Source of the DNA: an uncultured Nitrososphaerota archaeon
Lineage (GTDB): Archaea; Korarchaeota; Korarchaeia; Korarchaeales; Korarchaeaceae
NCBI GenBank assembly: GCA_964594835.1
Contig: CAZQNA010000003.1
Location: forward strand, 1 to 64,000
Direction: 5' to 3'
DNA length: 64,000 bases
In this document: piece by piece, positions 17,672 to 27,534 of the stretch
Layout of the letters: each line of letters begins with the position of its first letter
Position numbering within the stretch: the first letter of the stretch is position 1
Notes under the pieces: model-generated
The model's input: the letters and a program-made list of their open reading frames with translations, nothing else
What the model was told of the DNA's origin: nothing
The model's database searches: none
Program-made: the position numbers and the translations under genes

Positions 17672-18046
17672 GTGAAGCCTCTGTCCATATCCGAGGAGCT
17701 ACAGAGCCTGATCAAGGAGATGAGGAGGAGGATACCGGATCTCCTCTACTCTGCCGTGATAAGCGCCGACGGGCTGGTCATCGTGGCAGATCTCCCCCCA
17801 GAGGTGGACGAGGACCTCTTCGCCGCCACCCAGGCCGCCCTGATCAGCGTCAGCGAGAGGGTGGTCGGCGAGGTCGGCATAGGACCCCTCAGCGAGATCG
17901 TGGTGGCCGGAGGCAAGGGCCGCGTTGTGGCCATGCAGGCTGGCCCAGAGGCCATCCTAGTGTCTGTAGTTCCGGCGGACGTGAAGCTCGGCCTTCTCCT
18001 GGTTGAGATGAGGAGGCTGGCGAAGGAGATCGCCAGCAGGTTCTGA
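17672..18046 (+). CDS. Roadblock/LC7 domain protein
   Basis: SAVISADGLVIVADLP..DEDLFAA, KLGLLLVEMRRLAKEI. Confidence 0.9.
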   Translation: MKPLSISEELQSLIKEMRRRIPDLLYSAVISADGLVIVADLPPEVDEDLFAATQAALISVSERVVGEVGIGPLSEIVVAGGKGRVVAMQAGPEAILVSVVPADVKLGLLLVEMRRLAKEIASRF

Positions 18047-18061
18047 TAGCGTCCCCTCGGG

Positions 18062-18580
18062 GTGGGGCCGGAGATGGCCAGGGAGTTCCCGCGAGGCGCG
18101 CTCGAGTTCGACGACGAGGGCAGGCTGACCCTCTTCGGCAGGCCGGTCATCCTCATGGGGAGGGACACGATAGCCCAGCTCCAGCACTCGGTCGAGACGG
18201 TCCTCGGGTCCAGGACCGCCAAGCTCGCCTTCTACCACGCGGGGATGTCCGTGGGGAGAGACCTGGCCGAGAGGTACTCCGACGTGGGGGACCACGAGTC
18301 CGCCCTGAGGGAGCTCGCGGGGTGGGCCTCCCTGGCTGGCTGGGCCTCTAAGATGGAGGTGGTCAGGATCACCCAATCTCCCCCCGGGGCGATCGTCAGG
18401 GCGTGGGGGACGTACGCCGAGAGCTACCCCACGAAGCCCTCCGAGGGGGTGTGCCACCTGATAGCCGGGCTCCTCGCGGGCTTCTTGTCGGCCCGGCTTG
18501 GCCAGAAGGTGGTGGCCAAGGAGACGTCCTGCCTGGCCAAGGGCGACGAGTACTGCGAGTTCGTTATATCTGGGAGGTGA
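18062..18580 (+). CDS. V4R domain protein
   Basis: GRLTLFG, FYHAG..VG, AGW, VCHLIAGLLAGFL, ETSCLAKGDEYCEF. Confidence 0.9.
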   Translation: MGPEMAREFPRGALEFDDEGRLTLFGRPVILMGRDTIAQLQHSVETVLGSRTAKLAFYHAGMSVGRDLAERYSDVGDHESALRELAGWASLAGWASKMEVVRITQSPPGAIVRAWGTYAESYPTKPSEGVCHLIAGLLAGFLSARLGQKVVAKETSCLAKGDEYCEFVISGR

Positions 18581-18628
18581 CCGCGCGGACCCGGGGGTTC
18601 CCCCGAGGGTCTCCAGGGTTGATGCGGG

Positions 18629-19540
18629 TTGGGGGGCTCGACCAGGCTGATCGAGGCTGCCGCCATGGCGGCCGCCCTGATGCTCGTCGCCGCGGCCACG
18701 GCGGGCGCGCCCAGGCTGTCCGAGCCCGCCCCTCCTCGGGGGGAGCGGGCCGGGACTGGCAGGCTGCTCGTGGTCGCGGGCGCGGTGTGGTCACTCGCCC
18801 TTATAGCCGCCTCCCTGGCCGCCGTGAGGAACGTCAGGATCGTTCAGGCCGGTGGAAGGTCCAGCTGGATGAGGCTGGTGAGCCCCCTGATCTCCCTGAT
18901 ACTCATCCTGGTCGCCCTGAGGTTCGCACGCGGGTCCGCCACTTCGGAGGGGTACGGCCAGGTTGCCGGCGCCGGAGACAGGTTCTCACCGCCCGACTGG
19001 CTCTCCAAGGCGCCGATAGGGGCGCTGCGAGACGTCACGCTCATCCCCGCCCGGTCGGGGGCCGAACTTGCCCTATGGCTGGTTGTGGCGGCCGGCGCCG
19101 CGATTCTGGCCCTCTCTCTCGTCGCCCTGCTCAGGCCCGGGGTCAGCCTATACGGTGGACTGCTCGGGTGGCCGACGGGGGCGGGCGGGCCTATGGCCCC
19201 GGCCCGCTCGGAGGACGCGGGCTCCGCGCGGAGGAGGACCTGGAGGGGGGCGCGCCTGCGGATCATCGAGTCCTACAGGTCGGTGGTCGACCACCTTCGG
19301 TCTCTCGGAGTACCGATGAGGCCCAGCTGGACGCCCAGGGAGCACCTGGAGTACGTCCTCAGGATGGGCCTCCCCCAGGCGTCTCCGCTAGGGGAGCTGG
19401 AGAGGCTCTTCGAGCTGGCCAGGTACAGCGAGAGGCCTCTGAGCTCCGACCACGCGAGGCTGGCCGAGCGGCTCGCGAGCGCGATAAGGGGCGAGTCAGA
19501 GGAGGGGGGTGTGGGAGGAGGTGGAGAGGGGGAGGCTTGA
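18629..19540 (+). CDS. DUF4129 domain membrane protein
   Basis: TM region then IIESY..LRSLG..RPSWTPREH..LFELARYS. Confidence 0.8.
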   Translation: MGGSTRLIEAAAMAAALMLVAAATAGAPRLSEPAPPRGERAGTGRLLVVAGAVWSLALIAASLAAVRNVRIVQAGGRSSWMRLVSPLISLILILVALRFARGSATSEGYGQVAGAGDRFSPPDWLSKAPIGALRDVTLIPARSGAELALWLVVAAGAAILALSLVALLRPGVSLYGGLLGWPTGAGGPMAPARSEDAGSARRRTWRGARLRIIESYRSVVDHLRSLGVPMRPSWTPREHLEYVLRMGLPQASPLGELERLFELARYSERPLSSDHARLAERLASAIRGESEEGGVGGGGEGEA

Positions 19541-19949
19541 GGTCGCGCTCGTCCTCCTGCTGGCTCTGGTGGCGGCGGCGCCCCTCCACTTCCTCCTGAG
19601 GTGGCTGGCGCTGGTGGCGCTCACCGTCTGGGCGGGCGTGACTACGCTGTCCTCACTCCCACCGCCGAGCGGGCGCGCGGAGCGCCCAGAGTCCTCCTGG
19701 AACAGGCTCGAGGTCCTCACCGGGGTGGTCAGGTCGGCTCTTGAGGGCTCGGCCCAGTCGAGGCGGATACTGGCCGAAGAGCTGGCAGACCTGGTCAGGG
19801 AGGCCGGGCTGCCGGCCGGTGACGTGGAGCGCGCCCGGAGGGGCCTCGCGGAGGGGGACCTTGCGTCCTCCCTGGAGGCCTGGCTGTCCAGGGTCAGGGC
19901 CCCCGGTGGGTACCGCGGGAGCGTTGGAGGTGCCGCCGATGGAGGTTGA
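19509..19949 (+). CDS. Small membrane protein of the MoxR operon
   Basis: Two N-terminal TM helices, between DUF4129 and MoxR. Confidence 0.6.
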   Translation: MWEEVERGRLEVALVLLLALVAAAPLHFLLRWLALVALTVWAGVTTLSSLPPPSGRAERPESSWNRLEVLTGVVRSALEGSAQSRRILAEELADLVREAGLPAGDVERARRGLAEGDLASSLEAWLSRVRAPGGYRGSVGGAADGG

Positions 19950-20889
19950 GCGAGTCAGGGAGAGGGTCGGGCTCGTCCTCGACGAGGTCTCCAGGGTGAT
20001 AGTCGGCAAGAGGGACGTCCTGGAGCTTCTGATGGCCTGCGCCCTCTCTCAGGGCCACGTGCTCATAGAGGACGTCCCGGGCCTGGCCAAGACCCTCATG
20101 GCCAAGACCCTGGCCGGGGCCATGAGGCTGGAGTTCTCCAGGATTCAGTTCACCCCCGACCTGCTCCCCGCCGACATAACCGGGACCTACGTGTTCGATC
20201 AGTCCACCGGGCAGTTCAAGCTGAGGAGGGGGCCGGTGTTCGCCAACATAGTCCTGGCCGACGAGGTGAACAGGGCGCCCCCCAAGACGCAGTCGGCGCT
20301 CCTGGAGGCCATGCAGGAGCTCCAAGTCACGATAGAGGGGGAGACCCACAGGCTGGAGAGGCCGTTCATGGTCGTGGCCACCCAGAACCCCATAGAGTTC
20401 GAGGGGACCTACCCGCTCCCGGCCGCCCAGGTGGACAGGTTCCTGGTGCGCCTGAGGGTGGGGTACCCGACGGAGGACGAGGAGGTGGAGATCCTCGCCA
20501 GGAGGCTGGACAGGCGGTCGGACGAGGTCTCCGTCGACCCGGTGATAGGGAGGGAGGAGCTGCTGGAGATGCAGGAGGCCGTGGAGTCCGTCCACGTCGA
20601 CGAGTCGCTGCTAAGGTACATGGCCAGGGTCGTGAGGAGGACGAGGGAGGTGCCCGAGGTGGAGCTCGGGGCCAGCCCCAGGGGGACGCTAGCGCTCCTG
20701 AAGCTCTCAAGGGCGCTGGCGGCCATGGACGGCAGGGAATACGTCACCCCGGACGACGTGAAGCGGGTCGCGGTTCCGGCGCTGGCCCACAGGCTGATCC
20801 TGAGGAGGGAGCTCTGGTACACGAGGGTGACCCAGGAGTCCGTCGTCGAGTCGGTCCTGAGGCAGGTGGAGGTCCCCAAGTTTGAGTGA
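19939..20889 (+). CDS. moxR: MoxR family AAA+ ATPase
   Basis: HVLIEDVPGLAKT, RIQFTPDLLPAD, LADEVNRAPPKTQSALLEAM, ATQNPIE. ATG 19939. Confidence 0.95.
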   Translation: MEVERVRERVGLVLDEVSRVIVGKRDVLELLMACALSQGHVLIEDVPGLAKTLMAKTLAGAMRLEFSRIQFTPDLLPADITGTYVFDQSTGQFKLRRGPVFANIVLADEVNRAPPKTQSALLEAMQELQVTIEGETHRLERPFMVVATQNPIEFEGTYPLPAAQVDRFLVRLRVGYPTEDEEVEILARRLDRRSDEVSVDPVIGREELLEMQEAVESVHVDESLLRYMARVVRRTREVPEVELGASPRGTLALLKLSRALAAMDGREYVTPDDVKRVAVPALAHRLILRRELWYTRVTQESVVESVLRQVEVPKFE

Positions 20890-22147
20890 GGAGCCGCCCC
20901 TCACGCTGGGGCCCGCAGCCGGACCCATCCTGCTCGTCCCCGTCGCTCTGATGGGGCTGGCCCTTGCGACCTTCAGGTGGCACGTCCTGGCCGCCGCGGC
21001 GCCGCCCCTCGTACTCCTGGCCCTCTCGCTCGCCATGTCCTCCGCGAGGCCGGTCAGGGCGGAGAGGAGGATCGACAGGGACGTGGTCGCCGAGGGGGAG
21101 CGGGTAGGCGTTGAGGTCGAGCTGACTTTCGAGGGCGCCGGCGTCGCGGCCCTGGAGGACGATGTTCCCCCCAGGGGGAGCGTGGAGTCGGGATCCCCCC
21201 GCCTCATCTGCGGGGCCCACGGTCGAGTCAGGCTGGAGTACTCGCTGAGGACCGCCAGGGGCTTCTGGGCGTTCAGGTGGGTGAGGGTAGGGTTCAGGGA
21301 CCCGCTGGGGATATTCGAGAGGTGGGTGGAGGCGGAGTGCAGGGGCTACCTCTCGGCCATGCCCTCCCTCGCGAGGGCAGGGGGGCTTCGGGCGGAGGCC
21401 AAGGGGGTGAAGCCCCTGCTGGGGAGGTCCCCCTCGGACTCCCCCGGGATGGGGACCGAGTTCTACGCGCTGAGGGACTACGCCCCCGGGGACCCGATGA
21501 GGGCCATCAACTGGAAGGCCACGGCACGCCTCGGCAGGCTGATATCCAACGACTACGAGGCCGAGAAGGCCGCCGACCTGGTGATAGTGGTCGACTCCAC
21601 CCTCCCCACCGGGGTCTCCGGGCCGGGCGGAGACACCCTCCTGGACGTCGAGGCCAGGGTGGCCATAGCGCTGGCCGACGAGGCCCTGAGGTCGGGGCTG
21701 AGGGTCGGGCTGGCCAGCGTGGGCGGGCCGGGCGTGTGGGTCGGACCGGACTGGGGGAGCAGGCAGCTCCTCAAGCTGGGGAGGGCGCTGGCCGTACTCT
21801 ATCCCTCCGGTGGAGCCGACACCGCTCCCCTGGTCGCCGAGTCGATCTCTGTCCACGTGGGGCCGAGGACCCAGGTGGCCGTCGTGACGCCCCTGACAGG
21901 AGAGCGGTGGGTCGAGGCCGTGGCGAGGCTCTCTTCCGCCGGCCGGAGGGTGACGGTGATATCTCCGTCGCCCAACGCCTTTGCCCTGCCAGAAGAGCCC
22001 GATCTCGCCCAGAGGCTGGCCTTCAAGATGCTCGAGGCCAGGAGGAGTCTCCTCCTGGCTAGGCTGAGGCCCTACGCCGATGTGGTCGACTGGGATCCGA
22101 GGACCGACCTGGGGGCCGTTTGGAGGAGGGTGAGGCTGGGTGCGTAG
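20882..22147 (+). CDS. DUF58 domain protein
   Basis: GTEFYALRDYAPGDPMRAINWKATAR, follows MoxR. Confidence 0.92.
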   Translation: MSEEPPLTLGPAAGPILLVPVALMGLALATFRWHVLAAAAPPLVLLALSLAMSSARPVRAERRIDRDVVAEGERVGVEVELTFEGAGVAALEDDVPPRGSVESGSPRLICGAHGRVRLEYSLRTARGFWAFRWVRVGFRDPLGIFERWVEAECRGYLSAMPSLARAGGLRAEAKGVKPLLGRSPSDSPGMGTEFYALRDYAPGDPMRAINWKATARLGRLISNDYEAEKAADLVIVVDSTLPTGVSGPGGDTLLDVEARVAIALADEALRSGLRVGLASVGGPGVWVGPDWGSRQLLKLGRALAVLYPSGGADTAPLVAESISVHVGPRTQVAVVTPLTGERWVEAVARLSSAGRRVTVISPSPNAFALPEEPDLAQRLAFKMLEARRSLLLARLRPYADVVDWDPRTDLGAVWRRVRLGA

Positions 22148-22616
22148 GCTCAGGATGGTCTCCACTGCCTGCTCGGCCGCCCTAGGCCTAGCCTGCCTCA
22201 GCTGGTGCCCCGCCTACGTCGCGGCCCTCCCGGCGGCGTCCATCCTGGCGTCCCTCGCGGGCTGGGTCGGGGCGTACTCGGTGGCCTCAGGCGCGGCCTG
22301 GGTGGCGCTGTCGGCCCTGGCCCCGGGCCCGACGGAGGCCATCCTCCGATCTTGGGTGGGGCTCGTCGCGACGGTCTCGGGCCTGGCCGCCCTCGAGGCC
22401 GACAGGCGGGGGTACTCGGTCTCGCGCCCCCGGCTCCTCCTGAGCCTCCAGGCTCTCGAGCTGTCCGCCCCCCTGGTGATCCCCCTCTCGATCTCCGTCG
22501 CGATTGAGGAGGTCGGCGTGAGGGTCTGGCTCACGCCCCTGGCTGCCGGGGCCCTGGTGCTCGCCTGGCTGGTCGTCAGGGCCCTGAGGTCGGAGTGGAC
22601 AGGACCTCGACGATGA
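22140..22616 (+). CDS. Hypothetical membrane protein (MoxR operon)
   Basis: Hydrophobic 158-aa ORF overlapping the DUF58 stop. Confidence 0.6.
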   Translation: MRRLRMVSTACSAALGLACLSWCPAYVAALPAASILASLAGWVGAYSVASGAAWVALSALAPGPTEAILRSWVGLVATVSGLAALEADRRGYSVSRPRLLLSLQALELSAPLVIPLSISVAIEEVGVRVWLTPLAAGALVLAWLVVRALRSEWTGPRR

Positions 22617-24216
22617 CGACTCTCCCGCTCGGGGTGTCCCTCTGGTACACGATCCTGAAGTGTGGGGAGTTCAGGAACTTCTCCTCGCAGACCTCCACGC
22701 CGAACCTATAGCCGTTGAGGCTCGATATCATGTTCCCGTACCACCTCATCATGTCCGAGTAGTAGATGTGGGTGAGGTTGTATCTCCTGGCAATCTGGAG
22801 GGCCTCCTCCGCGCTGCACGTGGAGTACATCCGGTATAGGTCGTCCTGGACCGTGCCGGGGGCCCTGATGTACGGATAGTCGACGTTCCTCAGGGGGAAG
22901 GCCCCTCCCAGGAGAGCGCGTCCCCCGCAGACGCCGGAGAACATCTGGGCCCGGTAGTAGTCGGCGCTTATCCTCGCCCACTCGCCCGTGTGCTCCCTGA
23001 ACCACACGGCCGCCTCGTACTCGTCTATGGTCATTCCGGCGTTGGTGATCTTCCCGCCCAGGTCGTACGTCGCCACGTCCACCCCCGCCCCCACGAGGAT
23101 CAGGCCCAGGGCCAGGAGCCGCCTCCTCCTGGAGGACAGGCTCAGGCCCCAGAAGAGGGCGACCCCCGCCGCAAGGGCCAGGGGCTGGGCGAGGAAGGGG
23201 AAGAACCTGTACTCCTCGAGAGGCTTGGCCAGGGTCGACCAGCTGAGGTGGATCGCGCCCAGCGCGCTGAGTATGCGCTCCACCTGGGACTCGACCGCGT
23301 TGGGGACCACCCACATCAGCAGGGGCGCGTGCTCCCTCCAGTTCTCTAGGATCAGGAGGACGCCGGCCGCTCCTATGGCGGCGGCGAAGGGCCCGTAGAG
23401 CAGGATCTCCTTTGTTATCGCCTGCAGCCCGCTGGAGGTCGTCAGCGCCTCGATCCACCACCAGTACAGGTTCCTCGGGAGCCACCAGGGGGCGGCGATG
23501 AGCTGGGATATCCCTATGACGGCCAGGAGGTCCCTGAATATCCACCTCCCGGCCCTCCGCTGGATGTAGAGGCCCAGGCTGAAGACGATGAGGTCGAGGG
23601 CCTCCAGGAAGTAGGAGAGGTGAACGAGGAAGTTGAGCCCCATCAGCCCTCCGACCAGGAGGACCTTCCCCCTAGAGGGGTCGGAGGCGTGCCTGTGCCA
23701 GATGGCCAGGATCAGGGGGATCATGAACATCGTGAAGGACTGGGGGTCGGCTATCCCCGTGAAGTAGAGGAAGTTCGGGGTGAGGGCCAGGATGAGCAGC
23801 GCCGCCGCCCCGACCCAGCGGTCGTACATCTCCCTGCCCAGCACGTAGAGGGACAGCGGGGACAGAGCCTCCAGGAACGGGACGATCCTGGTCACCACGG
23901 TGGGAAGATCGAGGCCCGTGAGCCTGGCGAGGAGGGCCAGGAGGAACGGCGACCCCGGGGGGTACCACATGGGGACGTAGCCGTAGGGGGCGTACCTGAT
24001 GTCCGGCTCCGGCAGGGCCCAGTGGTCGAGGACGTATTGGGCCATGCAGATCCTGTACCAGACGTCGGCCATGAAGGCTGGCAGGTGCGGATCGACGGAG
24101 AGCTTGGGGACGAGCCTCAGGGCGACCCCCAGGGAGTAGACGGCCGCCAAGAAGGCCAGCTCCAGTCTGCTGAACCTTAGGAGGTCTCTGAGCCCCCCTC
24201 CCCCCGACGCGACCAT
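22576..24216 (-). CDS. GT-C fold membrane glycosyltransferase-like protein (PMT/AglB-like)
   Basis: First-loop acidic motif ADVWY, YPPG, many TM helices, C-terminal soluble domain (AAVWFREHT..RYNLTHIY). Confidence 0.7.
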   Translation of the reverse strand: MVASGGGGLRDLLRFSRLELAFLAAVYSLGVALRLVPKLSVDPHLPAFMADVWYRICMAQYVLDHWALPEPDIRYAPYGYVPMWYPPGSPFLLALLARLTGLDLPTVVTRIVPFLEALSPLSLYVLGREMYDRWVGAAALLILALTPNFLYFTGIADPQSFTMFMIPLILAIWHRHASDPSRGKVLLVGGLMGLNFLVHLSYFLEALDLIVFSLGLYIQRRAGRWIFRDLLAVIGISQLIAAPWWLPRNLYWWWIEALTTSSGLQAITKEILLYGPFAAAIGAAGVLLILENWREHAPLLMWVVPNAVESQVERILSALGAIHLSWSTLAKPLEEYRFFPFLAQPLALAAGVALFWGLSLSSRRRRLLALGLILVGAGVDVATYDLGGKITNAGMTIDEYEAAVWFREHTGEWARISADYYRAQMFSGVCGGRALLGGAFPLRNVDYPYIRAPGTVQDDLYRMYSTCSAEEALQIARRYNLTHIYYSDMMRWYGNMISSLNGYRFGVEVCEEKFLNSPHFRIVYQRDTPSGRVVIVEVLSTPTSGP

Positions 24217-24280
24217 GTTCCCGGGACCTTCGGGCAGGCTGCGTGATATACTTTTTCTCTAAACCCCCGAGGGCGGGGCG

Positions 24281-25243
24281 GTGGGCGACGTGGCCAGGAA
24301 GGTGATTCTGGACGTCGACACGGGAGTCGACGACGCCGTGGCCGTGATCCTGGCCCTCAGATCCCCCGAACTGGAGGTACTCGGGATCACGACCGTCGCC
24401 GGAAACGTGGACATCCGCACGGCGACTAGGAACACCCTCCACGTGCTCGAGCTCCTCGGGAGGACCGACGTCCCCGTGTGTCCCGGGCCTGGGGGACCGA
24501 TCACCCCCGGGTCTTGGAGCGTCGGGGAGAGGTTCCACGGCGCCGGGGGGCTGGGCGGAGTGAGGGTGCCCGAGCCCTCCGCGAGGCCGAGGGGCGAGCA
24601 CGCAGTCGACTTCATCAGGCGCGCGGTTCGGGAGGAGGGCCCCGGCGAGGTGACGCTCATAACGACGGCCCCCATGACGAACGTTGCCCTGAGCCTCCTG
24701 ATCGAGCCGGACCTGGCGGAGAGGCTCGCCGCGATAGTCTCGATGGGCGGGGCCTTCGGCACCACGAGGGAGGGGGCCGGAAACAGCTCTCCCAGGGCGG
24801 AGTTCAACGTCTGGTTCGACCCCGTGGCGGCCAAGGTGGTGTACGGTTCCGGCGCCAGGGTGTACGCGGTGGGGCTGGACGTGACGACGAGGCGGGACGC
24901 CTCAATCTCGAGGGAGACCTACGATCGCCTCGCCGAGAGCCCGGACCCCGTCGGGAGGTTCGTCCACTCCATCCTGGGGGCCTACGTGGAGGCGGTGGGG
25001 TACGCCCCCATGCACGACCCGATGGCGGTCGCCTCGGTGATCGAGCCGGACCTGCTGACCTTCGAGCTGCTCCCGGTAGACGTCGAGGTGTGCGGGGAGC
25101 TCACTAGGGGGGAGACCGTCGCCGACTTCCGCGAGTTCGACGCCGAGGTCCCCAGGGGGAGGCCAAACGTTCACGTGGCCGTAGACGTGGACGGGCCAGG
25201 TTTCCTGCGGCTCCTCCTGGGGAGGGTGGCCGGCCTGGCATGA
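24281..25243 (+). CDS. Inosine/uridine-preferring nucleoside hydrolase
   Basis: DVDTGVDDA, TVAGN, PMTNVA, MGGA, AEFNVWFDP, MHDP. Confidence 0.95.
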   Translation: MGDVARKVILDVDTGVDDAVAVILALRSPELEVLGITTVAGNVDIRTATRNTLHVLELLGRTDVPVCPGPGGPITPGSWSVGERFHGAGGLGGVRVPEPSARPRGEHAVDFIRRAVREEGPGEVTLITTAPMTNVALSLLIEPDLAERLAAIVSMGGAFGTTREGAGNSSPRAEFNVWFDPVAAKVVYGSGARVYAVGLDVTTRRDASISRETYDRLAESPDPVGRFVHSILGAYVEAVGYAPMHDPMAVASVIEPDLLTFELLPVDVEVCGELTRGETVADFREFDAEVPRGRPNVHVAVDVDGPGFLRLLLGRVAGLA

Positions 25244-26250
25244 GGAGGGAGGCGGAGGTGGGGGGTTTGGCGGGATCCAGAGACCTGATGGCGACCTGCG
25301 GCGCCATAAACTGGGACATCAGCCTGTTCGTGGAGAGGTTTCCCGAGCCTGGTGAGGAGGTCAGGGTCCTCAGGGTGAAGAGGGTCCCGGGGGGCACCGC
25401 GGCCAACGTGGCCGTCGCCGCCGCCAGGATCCTCGGGCCCGGGAGGGTGGCCTTCCTGGGAGCGCTGGGAGACGACGAGATAGCCAGGAGGCAGGTCGGG
25501 GAGCTTCAGAGGGAGGGGGTCATCACCGACGCGATAGAGATGATCGAGGGGGAGGAGTCCGGTCAGGCTTACATAGTGGTGGACTCTGCCGGTCAGAACG
25601 TCATCCACACCTACTTCGGGGCCAACCTGAGGGTCGGCGCCGACTACGTGGCCAGCGGCCCCGTGAGGGAGATCGTGGGGAGGTGCCGCGTGGTGGTCAT
25701 AATGGACCCTCCCCTCGAGGCGGCCGACGCCCTGGCCGGGCTGGCGAGGGAGGCCGGGGCCACGGTCGTCTGGGACCCGGGCGTCCACGTCGACCTCGGG
25801 CTGGAGGGGCTGGCTGGCGTGATGGAGGAAGTCGACTACTTCGTCCTTAACGAGGTCGAGACGAGGCGCCTGCTGGGCTCCACCGACCCGGCGGCGATAG
25901 CGTCCAAGATGGCCGAGATCTCCCCCAGCTCAAAGTTCGTCGTGAAGCTGGGCGCGAGGGGGTCGATGATGGTGGACGTCGCCACGTCAAGCTGGGTCAG
26001 GGTGGGGGCGCCTCCCCTCGACCGTCTCGGGATGAGGGTGGTCAACACCGTCGGGTGCGGGGACGCCTTCATCGGAGCCCTCTCTGCCTCGAAGTACGAG
26101 GGGCTCGACGACGTGGAGTCCCTCCTCAGGGCGAACGCCGCGGGGGCTCTGAAGGCCACCAGGGTGGAGACGAGGGGCAGCCCCACCAGGGAGGAGCTCC
26201 TGAGCTTCCTCGAGGCGGCCAGGCCCCTGATGGAGGTCCGCGAGGGCTGA
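25240..26250 (+). CDS. PfkB/ribokinase family sugar kinase
   Basis: PGGTAANVAVAAAR, NEVE, VVNTVGCGDAF, coupled to the nucleoside hydrolase. Confidence 0.92.
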   Translation: MRREAEVGGLAGSRDLMATCGAINWDISLFVERFPEPGEEVRVLRVKRVPGGTAANVAVAAARILGPGRVAFLGALGDDEIARRQVGELQREGVITDAIEMIEGEESGQAYIVVDSAGQNVIHTYFGANLRVGADYVASGPVREIVGRCRVVVIMDPPLEAADALAGLAREAGATVVWDPGVHVDLGLEGLAGVMEEVDYFVLNEVETRRLLGSTDPAAIASKMAEISPSSKFVVKLGARGSMMVDVATSSWVRVGAPPLDRLGMRVVNTVGCGDAFIGALSASKYEGLDDVESLLRANAAGALKATRVETRGSPTREELLSFLEAARPLMEVREG

Positions 26251-26263
26251 CCCGATCCCTCGG

Positions 26264-26668
26264 CTAGGTTCGGTCAGGCCCCCTCAGCGCCTCCAGCCCC
26301 GAGAGGACCTCGTCCAGCCTGTCGAGCAGGATCCGGAGGGCCTCCTCCACGCTCGCGAAGCCGACGACCAGGGGGTACCTGCCCGACCCCCTTATCCTGA
26401 GGTAGTTCGGGCCCATGCGGGCCGCGAGGAACACGTCCACGTCGGACAGGATCCTCTCAACCTCTCTAAACTTCCTCGGATCCCCGTGCTCGGCCTCCTC
26501 CAGCTCCCTGGCGAGGTTCGGGCGGGCCTCGACGAACTCGATCCGCCCGTCCCTGTCGACGTCGTAGATCAGGAATGAGTGGGAGTCGCCGAAGTGCTCG
26601 CGGCTCAGGCGCCTCCCGCTCTCGTCCACGCCCACGGCGACCCTGATCCTCGCCGCGCCTGTCGACAT
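26264..26668 (-). CDS. NifX/NifB-like (FeMo-cofactor biosynthesis domain) protein
   Basis: RVAVG..LSREHFGDS..FLIYD, E.RPN, DVDVFLAARMGP. Confidence 0.85.
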   Translation of the reverse strand: MSTGAARIRVAVGVDESGRRLSREHFGDSHSFLIYDVDRDGRIEFVEARPNLARELEEAEHGDPRKFREVERILSDVDVFLAARMGPNYLRIRGSGRYPLVVGFASVEEALRILLDRLDEVLSGLEALRGPDRT

Positions 26669-26671
26669 GGC

Positions 26672-27388
26672 TCAGCCCCCTCCGCGCCCCGCTTGCCTGG
26701 GCGAGGTGAGCCTCCTGTAGATCTCCCTCCCGATGGACCTCCTGGGCTCCTCCCCCCTGATGGCCGGCCCGATGAGATCGGGTCTCTCGGTGACCACGAC
26801 GTCGACACCCAGCTCGACCAGGAGCCTCGCCTGGTCCGCGTCGTTCACGGTCCAGGCCGCGACCAGCATCCCCGAGGAGTGGAGGTCCTCCACGAGCTCG
26901 GCGTCCACGAACCCCACCTCCACCGACAGCCCCCTGGCCCCGGCGGCCTCGACGATCCGGATCGGGTCTACTAGCCGGCACTGTATAGACGCCAGGACTG
27001 TGGCCCCCTCCAGCCTGCGGGACAGGGACCTGAGGAGGGGGTGGAACTTCGACGTCACTATCAGCCCCCTCCTGGCCTCCGCCTCGATGAGGGAGACCAC
27101 CCGGCCGGTGAGGCCCGGGGACTTGAGGTCCAAGACGAGCGGGATGTCTCCCTCGACGCCAGAGAGGAAGTCCTCGGCCAACATGCCCTCCCCGTTCCCC
27201 AGGTCGGCGATCCTCCTGAAGATGGCCTCCCGGAGGGTGGCTGGCTTTATGGACCGGGGTCCGTGGTCTATGAACCCCTCGTAGAGATCTATCTCAACGG
27301 CGTCGACACCCTGCCTGAGGTACCTGCTGAGCTTCGCCAGCGTGTTGGCCCTGTGCCCCACGAGGAGCGGCCGATCTCCCCCGCCCAA
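26672..27388 (-). CDS. Glycerophosphodiester phosphodiesterase family protein
   Basis: LVGHRA, VEIDL, LDLK, AWTVND, GVDVVVTERPD. Start probably TTG ~27388. Confidence 0.85.
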   Translation of the reverse strand: MGGGDRPLLVGHRANTLAKLSRYLRQGVDAVEIDLYEGFIDHGPRSIKPATLREAIFRRIADLGNGEGMLAEDFLSGVEGDIPLVLDLKSPGLTGRVVSLIEAEARRGLIVTSKFHPLLRSLSRRLEGATVLASIQCRLVDPIRIVEAAGARGLSVEVGFVDAELVEDLHSSGMLVAAWTVNDADQARLLVELGVDVVVTERPDLIGPAIRGEEPRRSIGREIYRRLTSPRQAGRGGG

Positions 27389-27534
27389 CTCAGCGGGCGA
27401 GTGAGCCCCCAAGGATTTGAACTTATCGCGGCGGAACCCGTCGAGACCCAGTCGACAGCGAGATCCGCCGCCGGAGGCGACGCAATCCCGGGAACGAATA
27501 TTAGTAGGCCCGGAGACCAATTCGGGGATGTGAG

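Noticed and set aside
26264-26668. Nitrogen fixation implied by the NifX-like gene
   Set aside because: Stand-alone NifX/NifB-like domains are common in non-diazotrophic archaea, and no nif genes are present.
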